A stretch of DNA of 64,000 nt from contig JBMORA010000009.1 in assembly GCA_049320885.1 (NCBI GenBank), positions 64,001 through 128,000 of the forward strand, in the 5' to 3' direction. Each line of letters opens with the position of its first letter. Position 1 is the stretch's first letter. The translations under genes were made by a program, and so were the position numbers. Below the pieces are notes generated by a model that did no database searches, was not told the origin of the DNA, and worked only from the letters and a program-made list of their open reading frames with translations. The stretch comes from Thermodesulfobacteriota bacterium (GTDB lineage Bacteria; Desulfobacterota; Desulfobacteria; Desulfobacterales; SURF-7). Shown in pieces: positions 18,939 through 29,186 of the stretch.

Positions 18939-20015
18939 ATGAGCTTCGAGATCACACGCAAGAAAACACGGGAAATTGCCGTCGGGAAGGTAACGATCGG
19001 CGGGTCGTCGCCCGTATCGGTGCAGTCCATGACCAATACCCATACCCATGATATCCCGGCGACAGTGAAGCAAATCCGGCTTTTGGAGGATGCCGGCTGC
19101 GAAATCGTTCGCGTGGCGGTTCCCGATGAGGACGCTGCCGCAGCCATCGCCGGCATTCGTAAACAAATCGGGATTCCGCTGATTGCCGATATCCATTTTG
19201 ATTACCGGCTGGCCATTGCGGCGGCGGAAGCCGGCGCCGACGGCCTGCGGATCAATCCCGGCAATATCGGCGGCATCCGCAAGGTCCGGGAAGTGGTGCG
19301 ATGCGCATCCGAGCGCCGGCTGCCCATAAGGATAGGCGTCAACGCCGGCTCGCTGGAGAAAGATATCATTAAACAGTACGGAGGGGTAACACCCGAGGGC
19401 ATGGTGGCCAGCGCCTTGAGGAATATCGACTTATTACGCGAGCTGGATTTCCACGATATCAAGATATCCATCAAGGCCTCGGATGTGGGCAGGACGGTGA
19501 GCGCCTACCGGCTTCTGTCCGCTAAGACGGATTTGCCGCTGCATGTCGGGGTTACGGAAGCCGGGGGGTTGTTTGCAGGGATCGTCAAGTCTTCCTTAGG
19601 CATCGGCATGCTGCTGGCCGAGGGCATCGGCGACACCATCCGGGTGTCGCTTACCCGGGATCCGGTGGAGGAAGTGCGGGTCGGTTATGAAATCCTGAAA
19701 AGCCTGGGTATCAGGAGGCATGGGCCGGAGATTATCTCCTGTCCGACCTGCGGACGCTGCAACATCAAGCTGTTTGATATTGCCGAGCGCATTGAAAAGG
19801 AGTTGCTTTCCTGTAAAAAACCCATCAAGATCGCGATCATGGGGTGCGTGGTAAACGGACCGGGCGAGGCCCGGGAGGCGGATATCGGCATTGCCGGCGG
19901 CGACGGTATCGGCATTCTCTTCAAAAAAGGAAAAGTGGTGAAACGGTTTCCCCAGGAGCGATTGGTGGAAGTGTTGTTGGAAGAAACAGCGAAATTTGAA
20001 ACAGCAGAGGACTGA
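18939..20015 (+). CDS. ispG: HMB-PP synthase
   Basis: VQSMTNT, ADIHFD, RINPGN, RIGVNAGSL, HVGVTEAG, SCPTCGR, MGCVVNGPGE. Confidence 0.97.
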   Translation: MSFEITRKKTREIAVGKVTIGGSSPVSVQSMTNTHTHDIPATVKQIRLLEDAGCEIVRVAVPDEDAAAAIAGIRKQIGIPLIADIHFDYRLAIAAAEAGADGLRINPGNIGGIRKVREVVRCASERRLPIRIGVNAGSLEKDIIKQYGGVTPEGMVASALRNIDLLRELDFHDIKISIKASDVGRTVSAYRLLSAKTDLPLHVGVTEAGGLFAGIVKSSLGIGMLLAEGIGDTIRVSLTRDPVEEVRVGYEILKSLGIRRHGPEIISCPTCGRCNIKLFDIAERIEKELLSCKKPIKIAIMGCVVNGPGEAREADIGIAGGDGIGILFKKGKVVKRFPQERLVEVLLEETAKFETAED

Positions 20016-20016
20016 G

Positions 20017-21540
20017 ATGGGCAAAACGGTGCAGACGGCAATTACTCCCACCCGGGAGGAAGACTATCCGGAGTGGTATCAACAAGTGGTGAAGGCTTCC
20101 GATTTGGCGGAAAAATCGCCCGTGCGGGGCTGCATGGTGATCAAACCCTGGGGGTATGCCCTGTGGGAAAACATGGTGCGGATTCTGGACGAGATGTTCA
20201 AGGCCACCGGGGTGAAAAACGCCTATTTCCCTTTGTTCATTCCCTTGAGTTTTCTGGAAAAGGAGGCCGAGCATGTGGAAGGGTTTGCCAAGGAATGCGC
20301 CGTGGTGACCCACCACCGACTGGAAAAAGGCCCGGACGGCGGACTCGTGCCGGCTGGTAAATTGACCGAACCGCTGGTGGTCCGGCCGACCTCGGAAACG
20401 ATTATCGGGGATTCCTTTGCCAAATGGGTCGGCAGTTATCGCGATCTGCCCATTCTGATCAACCAGTGGGCGAACGTCGTGCGATGGGAGATGCGCACCC
20501 GGACGTTTCTGAGAACCAGCGAATTTTTGTGGCAGGAAGGGCATACCGTCCATGCGACAAGGGAAGAAGCCGTGGAACGGACACGCCGGATGCTCCAGGT
20601 GTATTCCGCGTTTGCAGAGGAATATCTGGCCATGCCGGTGATCCAGGGTGAGAAATCGCCGTCCGAGAGATTTCCGGGAGCCGTCGATACCTTGTGTATT
20701 GAAGCCATGATGCAGGATCGGAAGGCCTTGCAGGCAGGCACTTCCCATTTTTTGGGGCAAAATTTCGCCAAATCGTCCGGCATCCGGTTTCAGACAGCCG
20801 AGAAGCAGGAGGAATATGCCTGGACCACCTCCTGGGGGGTATCCACGCGGCTCATCGGCGGTCTGATCATGAGCCATGGCGATGACGATGGGATCATTAT
20901 TCCACCGAAGGTCGCCCCGTCCCATGTGGTTCTTCTGCCCATCATCCGGAACGCCGCTGATCAGCAACCGGTCATGGAATATGTACGGCTTGTAGCCGCC
21001 GCTTTGGGGGAGAAAACCTACGCAGGCAGAAAACTAACGGTGGAAATCGATGATCGCGAGATCGGCGGCGCCAGGGGGTGGGAGTGGATCAAGAAAGGCA
21101 TCCCCCTGCGGGTGGAAATCGGTCCACGGGACATGGCCGAAGACTCGGTTTTCATCGCCCGGCGGGATAAGTCCCTGCGGGAAAAAACCGCCATGAAACG
21201 CCAGATTTTTGTGGAAGCAATTACGGGAATACTGGACGACATCCAGAAAAATTTGTTTGACCGGGCCTTGCAATACCGTCAGGATCATACGCATACCATT
21301 GATGATCCCAACGAGTTCAGGCGGTTTTTTACTCCGGAAAATTTGGAAAAACCGGAGATTCACGGGGGATTTTCTTTCTCGCGCTGGTGCGGTTCCCCGG
21401 AATGCGAGGCCAAGACCAAGGATGAACTGATGGTGACCATCCGCTGCATACCGTTTGAGCCGGGAGAGAACGAAACCGGTCCCTGCGTCTGTTGCGGGAG
21501 CCCCGGCAGCCGAAGGGTGATTTTCGCCAAGGCCTATTGA
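20017..21540 (+). CDS. proS: Proline--tRNA ligase, archaeal/eukaryotic type (no INS editing domain)
   Basis: HVEGFAKE, RPTSET, QWANVVRWE, FLRTSEFLWQEGHT, LQAGTSHFLGQNF, C-terminal Cys-rich domain. Confidence 0.96.
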   Translation: MGKTVQTAITPTREEDYPEWYQQVVKASDLAEKSPVRGCMVIKPWGYALWENMVRILDEMFKATGVKNAYFPLFIPLSFLEKEAEHVEGFAKECAVVTHHRLEKGPDGGLVPAGKLTEPLVVRPTSETIIGDSFAKWVGSYRDLPILINQWANVVRWEMRTRTFLRTSEFLWQEGHTVHATREEAVERTRRMLQVYSAFAEEYLAMPVIQGEKSPSERFPGAVDTLCIEAMMQDRKALQAGTSHFLGQNFAKSSGIRFQTAEKQEEYAWTTSWGVSTRLIGGLIMSHGDDDGIIIPPKVAPSHVVLLPIIRNAADQQPVMEYVRLVAAALGEKTYAGRKLTVEIDDREIGGARGWEWIKKGIPLRVEIGPRDMAEDSVFIARRDKSLREKTAMKRQIFVEAITGILDDIQKNLFDRALQYRQDHTHTIDDPNEFRRFFTPENLEKPEIHGGFSFSRWCGSPECEAKTKDELMVTIRCIPFEPGENETGPCVCCGSPGSRRVIFAKAY

Positions 21541-21574
21541 AGCAGAACGATTTTTTTCGTAAGTCCGTTTCCTT

Positions 21575-23734
21575 ATGATTCGAATCAACGACATCATCGA
21601 TAAAATCGTTGAATATTATCCGGACGCCGATCTGGATATCATCAACCGGGCCTATATTTATTCCGCCCGGGTGCATGCCGGTCAGGTCCGGCTTTCCGGC
21701 GAGCCATACCTGGCGCATCCTTTGGAAGTCGCCTACATCCTGGCGGATATGAAACTCGATCGGGTGAGCGTCGCCGCCGGGTTGTTGCACGATGTGGTGG
21801 AGGACACCCACGCGAGTATCGATGAAATCCGGGATATGTTCGGCGCGGAAGTGGCCCATATCGTTTCCGGGGTCACGAAAATCAGCACCATCCCGTTGAA
21901 CAGTTCCCAGGCCCGCCAGGCGGAAAGCATCCGCAAAATGATTCTAGCCATGGCGGACGACATCCGGGTCATTCTGATCAAGCTGGCCGACCGGCTGCAC
22001 AACATGCGCACGCTTCAGTATCACAAGAGTGAAGAAAAACGGGTGGCGATTGCCCAGGAGACCCTCGATATTTATGCTCCCATCGCCGCCCGGCTGGGCA
22101 TCTATTGGATCAAACAGAACCTGGAGGATATTTCTTTTCAATATGTAATGCCCGAACAGTATGCCAACATCAAAACCCTGGTCAACCGCGGCATGGAAGA
22201 GCGCGAGGAATACATTGAGACCGTCAAATCCTATATTCAGCACAAGATGGACGAATCCGGGCTGAAATGTGAAGTGGTGGGCCGGTTTAAGCAATATTAT
22301 AGCATTTATCAGAAAATGGTGACCCAGCAGCTCGAATTTGAAGAAATTTACGATTTGATCGCATTCCGCATCATCCTGGACACCGTGCAGCAATGTTATG
22401 AGGCCCTTGGCGTTCTGCACTCGCTGTGGAAACCGATTGCAAAAAAATTCAAGGATTATATCGGGATGCCCAAGGCGAATATGTACCAGTCCCTTCATAC
22501 CACGGTGATCGGTTCTTTCGGTGAGCGTATCGAGATTCAGATCCGGACCCATGAAATGGATCGGGTGGCCAAGTCCGGAATCGCAGCCCATTGGAGCTAT
22601 AAGGAAGGGCGGAGTATTGACGAAAAAACGGGTGAGACGTTTGCCTGGATTCAAAATCTGGTTGAAAATCAAGAAGAATTTAACGATCCGAATGAGTTCC
22701 TGGAAAACGTCCGGATTGATCTTTTTCCCGATGAAATCTACGTGTTTACCCCTCGCGGCGATATCAGGTCATTGCCCAAGGGGGCGACACCGGTTGATTT
22801 CGCTTATATGATTCATACGGAAATCGGCAGCCGTTGTACCGGAGCAAAGATCAACGGCCGCATGCTGCCGTTGCAAACCGAACTGAAAACCGGCGATATC
22901 GTTGAAGTTATCACCACAAAGGGGAGCCATCCGAGCAAGGATTGGCTGAACTTTGTCAAAACCGTCAAGGCGCGTTCCCGCATCCGTCAGTGGATCAAGG
23001 TTCAGGAAAAGGGTCGCAGCATCACTCTGGGCCGTGAAATGTGCGAGAAGGCGTTTCGGAAATACCGACTCAATTTCAACAATCTGGTTAAATCGGCTGA
23101 GATGGAAAAAATCGTGGCCGATTTTGGATTCAGGGAGGTGGACGACCTGATCGCCGATGTGGGGTACGGCAAGATTACCCCTTTGCAGGTGGTGCGAAAG
23201 TTTCTCCCCAAGCCGGAGGATGAGCAGAATGCGGAAAAAGATGAACGTTCCATATTCGGCAAATTGATCGGAAGGGTCAGACGGAAGAAGAACGACGGCG
23301 GGGTGGTGGTCAAGGGAATCGACGATGTGCTGGTTCGCTTCGGTAAATGCTGCCAGCCGGTTCCCGGAGATGCGGTGATTGGTTATATTACGAGAGGTCA
23401 AGGGGTGACGGTCCACAGAACCGGCTGCATTCACGCCTTGAAAATGACGCCGGAACGGCGGATTGAAGTGACCTGGAACCGAGAAAAATCGGAAACCTAC
23501 CCTGTCAAAATTCAAATCCGTTCATATGACAGGTTTGGTCTGCTGGCGGATATTACGGCCAATATCAGTAAAAATGGGGCCAATATTCTCAGGGCGAACG
23601 CGGACATTCATGAAAGCAAAATGGTGGACAGCTATTTTACCATTGCCGTGGAGGATACCGAGCATCTGAATCGGATCCTCTCTTCCATCCGCAAAATCAA
23701 ACAGGTACATGACGTAAAACGGCTTGACGACTAG
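21575..23734 (+). CDS. rel: Bifunctional (p)ppGpp synthetase/hydrolase (long RSH)
   Basis: Intact HD motif (HDVVED), KLADRLHNMRT, YQSLHT, EIQIRT, TGS, CCQP, ACT domains. Confidence 0.95.
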   Translation: MIRINDIIDKIVEYYPDADLDIINRAYIYSARVHAGQVRLSGEPYLAHPLEVAYILADMKLDRVSVAAGLLHDVVEDTHASIDEIRDMFGAEVAHIVSGVTKISTIPLNSSQARQAESIRKMILAMADDIRVILIKLADRLHNMRTLQYHKSEEKRVAIAQETLDIYAPIAARLGIYWIKQNLEDISFQYVMPEQYANIKTLVNRGMEEREEYIETVKSYIQHKMDESGLKCEVVGRFKQYYSIYQKMVTQQLEFEEIYDLIAFRIILDTVQQCYEALGVLHSLWKPIAKKFKDYIGMPKANMYQSLHTTVIGSFGERIEIQIRTHEMDRVAKSGIAAHWSYKEGRSIDEKTGETFAWIQNLVENQEEFNDPNEFLENVRIDLFPDEIYVFTPRGDIRSLPKGATPVDFAYMIHTEIGSRCTGAKINGRMLPLQTELKTGDIVEVITTKGSHPSKDWLNFVKTVKARSRIRQWIKVQEKGRSITLGREMCEKAFRKYRLNFNNLVKSAEMEKIVADFGFREVDDLIADVGYGKITPLQVVRKFLPKPEDEQNAEKDERSIFGKLIGRVRRKKNDGGVVVKGIDDVLVRFGKCCQPVPGDAVIGYITRGQGVTVHRTGCIHALKMTPERRIEVTWNREKSETYPVKIQIRSYDRFGLLADITANISKNGANILRANADIHESKMVDSYFTIAVEDTEHLNRILSSIRKIKQVHDVKRLDD

Positions 23735-23780
23735 CCCCGGTGGTTATCAGAAACCGCAGTTGCCGGTGTTCAAAACGCGC

Positions 23781-23972
23781 TTACGGTGCTTTAACCACAA
23801 ACCCGGATTTGATGCAATTCGTGCAGACTTCTATGCGCCGAACGTGACCATCCCGAATGGCGCGGACACGCTGCAAATTTGGATTGAAGCGCCGTTTGTT
23901 GACATTGTGGGCATGGCTGACATGATTGCCGACCATTGGCCGTTTTCCGCAGATTTCACACATTTTAGACAT
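23781..23972 (-). CDS. rpmB: 50S ribosomal protein L28
   Basis: [30 protein letters not shown]. Confidence 0.97.
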   Translation of the reverse strand: MSKMCEICGKRPMVGNHVSHAHNVNKRRFNPNLQRVRAIRDGHVRRIEVCTNCIKSGFVVKAP

Positions 23973-24080
23973 CTTGATGCTCCCTGAAACAAATTCCGTA
24001 GACGGTTTCGATTCAACAGAATTAGGCTTAGTACATTAAAAATCCACGGTTGTAAAGTGTTTTTTGTCGGCAATGGGCCA

Positions 24081-24779
24081 TCAGCCCTCGGTCGGTTTCT
24101 GCCGCGGTTCCGTATCGGTCTTTTTTTTACTCAGCCCTTGTTTCCGGATGGCTTCCTCGCAGAGGGTCATATAGCGCAGCGCTGTTTGATGCAACCCAAC
24201 ATCGGGGTAATCCGTAATCACCGACTTGAAACGATGCATGGCTGCCTGGTAGCGCTTTTCGTTATAATAGAAAAGACCGACGTAGATTTCGTTGCCTGTC
24301 AGGTTTTTTAAACAGACCTTCCGGTGTTCCTGGGCGCGGATGGAATAGGGATCTCGCGGATAGCTTTTCATCAGCCGGTCGAAGGTCTCCAGCGCTTTTT
24401 GAGCCGTACTCTGATCCCTGTCGATGGTGTCCACCTGGACAAAATAGCAATATCCGATCTGATAGATCACATACGGAGTGTTCTCGTTGGTGGGATGGAG
24501 GTTTTCAAATTCCTCGTAGGCCAGAATCGCGTCCGTATATTCCTCGATTTCAAAATGGGCATCGGCGATTTTCAATTCCGCCTCCGTGGCGTATTTGCTG
24601 AACGGATACCAGTCTTTTAATCGCTTATACGAATCGATGGCCTTTTTATAGCGTTCGGACGCGAAGTATTCCTTTCCCTCTTGGGCAAGTTCTTCGGCGG
24701 ATTTATCCGGCTCGGTTTGAAACCAGGAACAACCGGCCATGCTGAAGAGGACCAGAATGATGAAAAACGCTTTTTTCAT
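24081..24779 (-). CDS. bamD: Outer membrane protein assembly factor BamD
   Basis: Lipobox MAGC; TPR-like YPFSKYA, LHP, DRDQ. Confidence 0.9.
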   Translation of the reverse strand: MKKAFFIILVLFSMAGCSWFQTEPDKSAEELAQEGKEYFASERYKKAIDSYKRLKDWYPFSKYATEAELKIADAHFEIEEYTDAILAYEEFENLHPTNENTPYVIYQIGYCYFVQVDTIDRDQSTAQKALETFDRLMKSYPRDPYSIRAQEHRKVCLKNLTGNEIYVGLFYYNEKRYQAAMHRFKSVITDYPDVGLHQTALRYMTLCEEAIRKQGLSKKKTDTEPRQKPTEG

Positions 24780-25705
24780 GGGGTCATGTTTTCAAGATAA
24801 TGTTCCGCCGAGGAAACGGCGATGGCGGCGTCTCCCACAGCGGTGGCGATTTGCCGCAACGGTGTATTGCGGACATCCCCGGCGGCGTAAACGCCAGGAA
24901 CGGATGTTTCCATGCGTGCATTGGCTTCGATGAATCCATACTCATCGCATTCGATGGCGCCGCCAATGAATTCCGTATTCGGGGTAATGCCGATCCAGAT
25001 AAAACAACCGTCGACCCTGATTGATGATGCCGCGCCGGTTTTGACATTCCGCAATTCAATCTTTTCAACATCCTTTTGGCCAACAATATCGGTGATGACG
25101 CTGTCCCAGACGACTTCAATTTTATCGTTTGCAAAAGCGCGTTCCTGGAGAATTTTGGCGGCCCGCAGCTTGTCGCGGCGATGGATCAAGTATACCTTGC
25201 GGGCGAATTTGGTCAGATACTGGCTTTCCTGGACAGCTGTATCGCCGCCACCCACCGCTGCAACGATCTTGTCCTTGAAAAAGGGGCCGTCACAGGTTCC
25301 GCAAAAAGAAACCCCGCGCCCATAAAATCTATCCTCACCGGGAATTCCCAGCCGTTTGGGGGCTGCTCCGGAAGCGATGATAATCGTGGGTGTTGATATC
25401 TCCCGGTCACTCAATCGGATTTTTTTAATCGGTCCGCTCAGATCAAGCGACAGGACTTCATTTGACTCGATGGGCAACTGAAACCGTTTGGCCTGGTCCG
25501 TCATGCGCTGAACCAGTTCGGCTCCGGTCAATCCCTCTGGAAATCCGGGATAGTTTTCCACCCAATCCGTGACGAGGATCTGTCCGCCGGGAACAATTTT
25601 TTCCACCAGCAACGTATTCAGTCTTGCACGGGCTGCATATAAACCGGCTGTAAGGCCTGCCGGGCCACCGCCGATAATGACGAGGTCATGGTCGAATTGC
25701 TTCAT
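24776..25705 (-). CDS. trxB: Thioredoxin-disulfide reductase
   Basis: GGGPAG, VENYPG, GVSFCGTCDG, GGGDTA, HRRD, AAGD. Confidence 0.96.
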   Translation of the reverse strand: MKQFDHDLVIIGGGPAGLTAGLYAARARLNTLLVEKIVPGGQILVTDWVENYPGFPEGLTGAELVQRMTDQAKRFQLPIESNEVLSLDLSGPIKKIRLSDREISTPTIIIASGAAPKRLGIPGEDRFYGRGVSFCGTCDGPFFKDKIVAAVGGGDTAVQESQYLTKFARKVYLIHRRDKLRAAKILQERAFANDKIEVVWDSVITDIVGQKDVEKIELRNVKTGAASSIRVDGCFIWIGITPNTEFIGGAIECDEYGFIEANARMETSVPGVYAAGDVRNTPLRQIATAVGDAAIAVSSAEHYLENMTP

Positions 25706-25717
25706 CCGGTTTCGCCC

Positions 25718-26044
25718 CTACACCATTTTTTTTATTGTTTCTTCGAGTTTTGATTTGGTAGTGATGCCAACTATTTGTTCGAATACTTTGCCGTCTTTAA
25801 AGAAAATAAGGGTAGGAATGGATTTGATTTCAAATTTGGCTGGTGTCACCGGATTGTCATCCACGTTGCATTTCATGATCTTGATCTTGTCACCGAATGA
25901 TTTGCTCAGGTCCTCCAAAACCGGCGCCATTGCGCGGCAGGGCCCACACCAGGGCGCCCAAAAATCAACCAGGACAGGTTGCTGGGATTTCATTACATCT
26001 GTTTCAAAGCGACTGTCGTCAATTTCTATGATTCCTGCGGCCAT
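25718..26044 (-). CDS. trxA: Thioredoxin
   Basis: DFWAPWCGPC, SIPT. Confidence 0.97.
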   Translation of the reverse strand: MAAGIIEIDDSRFETDVMKSQQPVLVDFWAPWCGPCRAMAPVLEDLSKSFGDKIKIMKCNVDDNPVTPAKFEIKSIPTLIFFKDGKVFEQIVGITTKSKLEETIKKMV

Positions 26045-26299
26045 GTTTTATTTCCTTTCATGAATTGTATGGGGTGTAGCGTGCATGAATATATAAATGT
26101 GTTCATGTCTTGTCAACCTCCAGCCTGTATTCTTGGTTTTTTTGGCGCCGGCTTGATGCCATATCGGCATGGGATGATAAAGGCCTGGCTGGTGTCCACC
26201 CTGGGTCAAAGTGGGTCTGCTATATGTTGCGTTATTTGTAACGTTGTGATAGGTATGGATGCATGTTGGATGATGATATCCGTACAGGAGGGGAAGCGC

Positions 26300-26794
26300 A
26301 TGGAGGGAACGGAAAGGGTGCTGGCAGAAAAAATGAAAGCTCGCCTTGCCGGTGAGCGGGATCGCCAGCGCCGATGGCGTTCGCGGCAGAAAGAGCGGGG
26401 TTGTAAGTCGGTGGCTGGAATGATTTCGTCGGTTGCGTATGCCCTGCTGATGGAGGAGAAAAAGCGTACGGGTGAGCGGCTATCCGATATTTTGGAACGG
26501 GCGATCATGGGCCTTTGCGGAAAGGGGAAGAATAACGTTTTGAATAACGTTATTAGTAATGAAGCCCCTGGTGTTGAGCCCACAGTGAAAAATCAACCGG
26601 ATCAACTGGCGGAGATCATTTCGAAAATTGAAAACATGAGAATCGACCAAAGACTTCCGTTCAATGAGATCGCCCGGCGGTTGAATGAATCCGGATTCCA
26701 GGCACCTGACGGACAGGGCCTTTGGGAGGGCCGGCTGGTATATCAGCTGCTGAAGAAGCTGGAGATCGATGATAAGCCTGTCGACCTCGGCTGA
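26300..26794 (+). CDS. Putative DNA-binding protein (RHH-like N-terminus, recombinase-type C-terminal motif)
   Basis: AGGAGG RBS; RQRRWRSRQKERG..LSDILERAI; FNEIARRLNESG..G..W..VYQLL. Confidence 0.65.
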   Translation: MEGTERVLAEKMKARLAGERDRQRRWRSRQKERGCKSVAGMISSVAYALLMEEKKRTGERLSDILERAIMGLCGKGKNNVLNNVISNEAPGVEPTVKNQPDQLAEIISKIENMRIDQRLPFNEIARRLNESGFQAPDGQGLWEGRLVYQLLKKLEIDDKPVDLG

Positions 26795-26956
26795 TAACCC
26801 TTCCGCGGGATTGGCCGGAAACGCAATATCATACATTCCATGTACCCCCGGCATGCAAGATATGTCTGTTTGTTCGTGGGCGCCAACCGGAAACGGAGGC
26901 GGTCGCTAAAAAAAATTATGATAAAATACAAATATATATAACTATATTCATCTCCG

Positions 26957-26972
26957 TGGCACAATCCTTGTT
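26957..26972 (+). promoter_or_regulatory. Sigma54-like promoter for small ORF
   Basis: TGGCAC-AATCC-TTGTT preceded by an AT-rich tract. Confidence 0.55.
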
Positions 26973-27019
26973 ATCTGGGAAAAGCATGTGGACTGCCATC
27001 TGGATGAAGGAGGGTTGAA

Positions 27020-27133
27020 ATGAAAATTCGCACGGAAATTATCAGGGATTTTGATGAAATCATGGCAGAATTGGCGTTGGTTCTTGAGCAGCTCGGTTCC
27101 AGGTTTATCGGCATGGACTGGTTGCCCTGCTGA
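27020..27133 (+). CDS. 37-aa small protein (absent from the ORF track)
   Basis: AAGGAGG RBS; MKIRTEIIRDFDEIMAELALVLEQLGSRFIGMDWLPC*. Confidence 0.6.
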   Translation: MKIRTEIIRDFDEIMAELALVLEQLGSRFIGMDWLPC

Positions 27134-27171
27134 ACGGCGCCATATCGCCAAGCCGTCACCGCACCCCAGCA

Positions 27172-27193
27172 GCCGGCGGTAGAAACCGCCGGC
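27172..27193. terminator. GC-rich hairpin downstream of the small ORF
   Basis: GCCGGCGGT-AGAA-ACCGCCGGC perfect 9-bp stem, no U-tract. Confidence 0.4.
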
Positions 27194-27534
27194 ACTGCCA
27201 ATCTGCCCGCAAATGCAAACATTCCATTTGAAGGTTGTGGAAGACTATTGGATATGCACCGTTTCATCCATACGACTCCGTTTGGCCGGCAGAGGCGGAG
27301 TGTCCAATGATATGGGACGGAACAGCCGATCACCGGCGGACCGAAAGCGCCGGGCGCTAGGATGGCGCGCCCTGTTTGGTTTGAGGTGTATTCGGTTCTT
27401 GAAGGATTGAAAAATCATCCCGGCTCTGCTATTCATATCCGCAAATTTGTCAGAAACATCCGGACGCCTTTGTGTCATTTCGCAGAAGAACAGCGGATGC
27501 AGGCGCTTCGGTGAAAAACAACCATCTTGGAAAA

Positions 27535-28212
27535 ATGGATAAAATGGATAAGCAACCGTCCAATGCCGCCATATCCAGAAGCGCGCTGAGAAGACAGCGT
27601 GAAAAAGAATTGCGCTATCAGACGATATTGAGAGCTGCCGAATCCCTGTTCTCGAAAAACGGTTACCACCAGACCAGCATGGAACAGATAGCGGATCAGG
27701 CCGAGGTTTCAACCGGTTCGGTATATTTTTACTTCAAAAACAAGGCGGATCTGCTCGTTCATTTGTTGACCGAAATCGGTGATTTTTTACGAAAACTCGT
27801 GGGAACGGAATTCCGGAAATTCGATTCTAGCATGGAAGGGTTCAAGTCGGCGGGGCTTGTTTTTTTCCGGGAGTTCTGCCTGCAACATCCGGAGAAAGTC
27901 GCCATTCTGTTTCGGGAATCCACCGGTCAAAGCGTTGAAGTGGAAGAACTGCGGAAAAAATTATTTGATCAGTTGACAACAGATATCCGGAATGCCTTGG
28001 TGCAAATCATCATGCGGCGCACAACGGATTTCAGCGCCCGACTTTCCGTCGAAGTCATGGCGGTTTGCATTGTCGGCATTTATGAGCGGGTGGGGTATCA
28101 TTATCTGCTGTGGCAGAACCGTTCCGAAGATATTCTGACAATTGGCGAGGATGCCGTTGCTTTTATCATCGGCGGGGTCGAAAAGCTGATTGAGGAGACC
28201 TCCTTGGTTTAA
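27535..28212 (+). CDS. TetR/AcrR family transcriptional regulator
   Basis: ILRAAESLFSKNGYHQTSMEQIADQAEVSTGSVYFYFKNK. Confidence 0.92.
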   Translation: MDKMDKQPSNAAISRSALRRQREKELRYQTILRAAESLFSKNGYHQTSMEQIADQAEVSTGSVYFYFKNKADLLVHLLTEIGDFLRKLVGTEFRKFDSSMEGFKSAGLVFFREFCLQHPEKVAILFRESTGQSVEVEELRKKLFDQLTTDIRNALVQIIMRRTTDFSARLSVEVMAVCIVGIYERVGYHYLLWQNRSEDILTIGEDAVAFIIGGVEKLIEETSLV

Positions 28213-28340
28213 TATCGATATTGCTGAGACAAGTCTCGGCCGTATCCGATAAAATTCCCGTTCTTGCCCCGAAAAATCCGACTGCGCCGCTATTTTCCAA
28301 CCCGAAATTACCGCCTGGAAATGAAATGATTCTGATGGAG

Positions 28341-28380
28341 CGTCCCGATAAATAGGACGTGCGTCCTGTCTTGCAGGACA
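28341..28380. promoter_or_regulatory. Tandem palindromic sites (candidate sigma54 enhancer)
   Basis: CGTCC-N9-GGACG and CGTCC-N9-GGACA repeated at a 21-bp period. Confidence 0.6.
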
Positions 28381-28484
28381 GCTGCTGCGGCATCCCGGAT
28401 GCCGAAGGGTCCAGGCAGACCTGGATTAAATATAACAATTTGAAAAGTAAAGATAAAATACAAACGTCCCGGATGTCAAAATTT

Positions 28485-28500
28485 TGGCAAGGAAATTGAA
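28485..28500 (+). promoter_or_regulatory. Sigma54-like promoter
   Basis: TGGCAA-GGAAA-TTGAA with an AT-rich tract between it and the tandem palindromes. Confidence 0.5.
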
Positions 28501-28599
28501 TATCTCTCGAAGCAGTTCGGCAGGAACGGCGTGCGGTCGATAATATGGTTGGAGGCGGTTCGCCTACCAGCAACCCAAACCTTCGGAGGAGGTACGAGA

Positions 28600-29178
28600 A
28601 TGTTCTTCAAAAAATTGTTCATGGACAACACTGGCTCTCTTTCCTACCTGATTGGCTGCACCGAAACGAAAACGGCATGCGTAGTTGATCCCAAACGGGG
28701 TGTTCATGAATATATCCATGCCGCAATGGCGCATGGAATGAAGATCACCCATATTTTCGATACCCGCAGCCACGCCCGGAATCTGAAAGTCAACATGGAA
28801 TTGAAACTGCGGACCGGTGCCGAAATCTATTATCTGAATTCACCGGAGCTGGCTACCCACCAGGTTGTTAAAGAGGGAGACGAGTTCCGCTTCGGCAGCG
28901 CCCTTGTGAAGGTCATCAACAGTCCCTGTCACAATCCTTTCGGCAATTCCATACTGGTTGCCGATATCTCGAGCAATACCGAACCATGGATGATTCTGCA
29001 CCCGGACAGTCTTTTCATTGGCGATCTGGACCGGCGGTCGAATTTGACGGGGGACGCCCTTTCCGGTGCGGTTTCGCATTATCTGGATCAGCATGAGCAT
29101 CATTATGGCGGGATACCGGGCAATCCGGGCTATGGAAAATATGGCGACATGGACCTGAACCATCAATACGCCATGTAG
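28600..29178 (+). CDS. Degenerate MBL-fold protein (persulfide dioxygenase/glyoxalase II-like)
   Basis: LSYLIGC..VVDPKR..ITHIFDT, DSLFIGD; HxHxDH replaced by RSHARN; GGAGGAGG RBS. Confidence 0.75.
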   Translation: MFFKKLFMDNTGSLSYLIGCTETKTACVVDPKRGVHEYIHAAMAHGMKITHIFDTRSHARNLKVNMELKLRTGAEIYYLNSPELATHQVVKEGDEFRFGSALVKVINSPCHNPFGNSILVADISSNTEPWMILHPDSLFIGDLDRRSNLTGDALSGAVSHYLDQHEHHYGGIPGNPGYGKYGDMDLNHQYAM

Positions 29179-29186
29179 CATGCTTT

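Noticed and set aside
20017..21540. Archaeal/eukaryotic-type ProRS as a novelty
   Set aside because: This type is well known in many bacteria
27131..27310. Possible Cys-Sec readthrough of the small ORF's TGA (frame stays open and a hairpin follows)
   Set aside because: The extension has no recognisable domain and the hairpin is not clearly a bacterial SECIS
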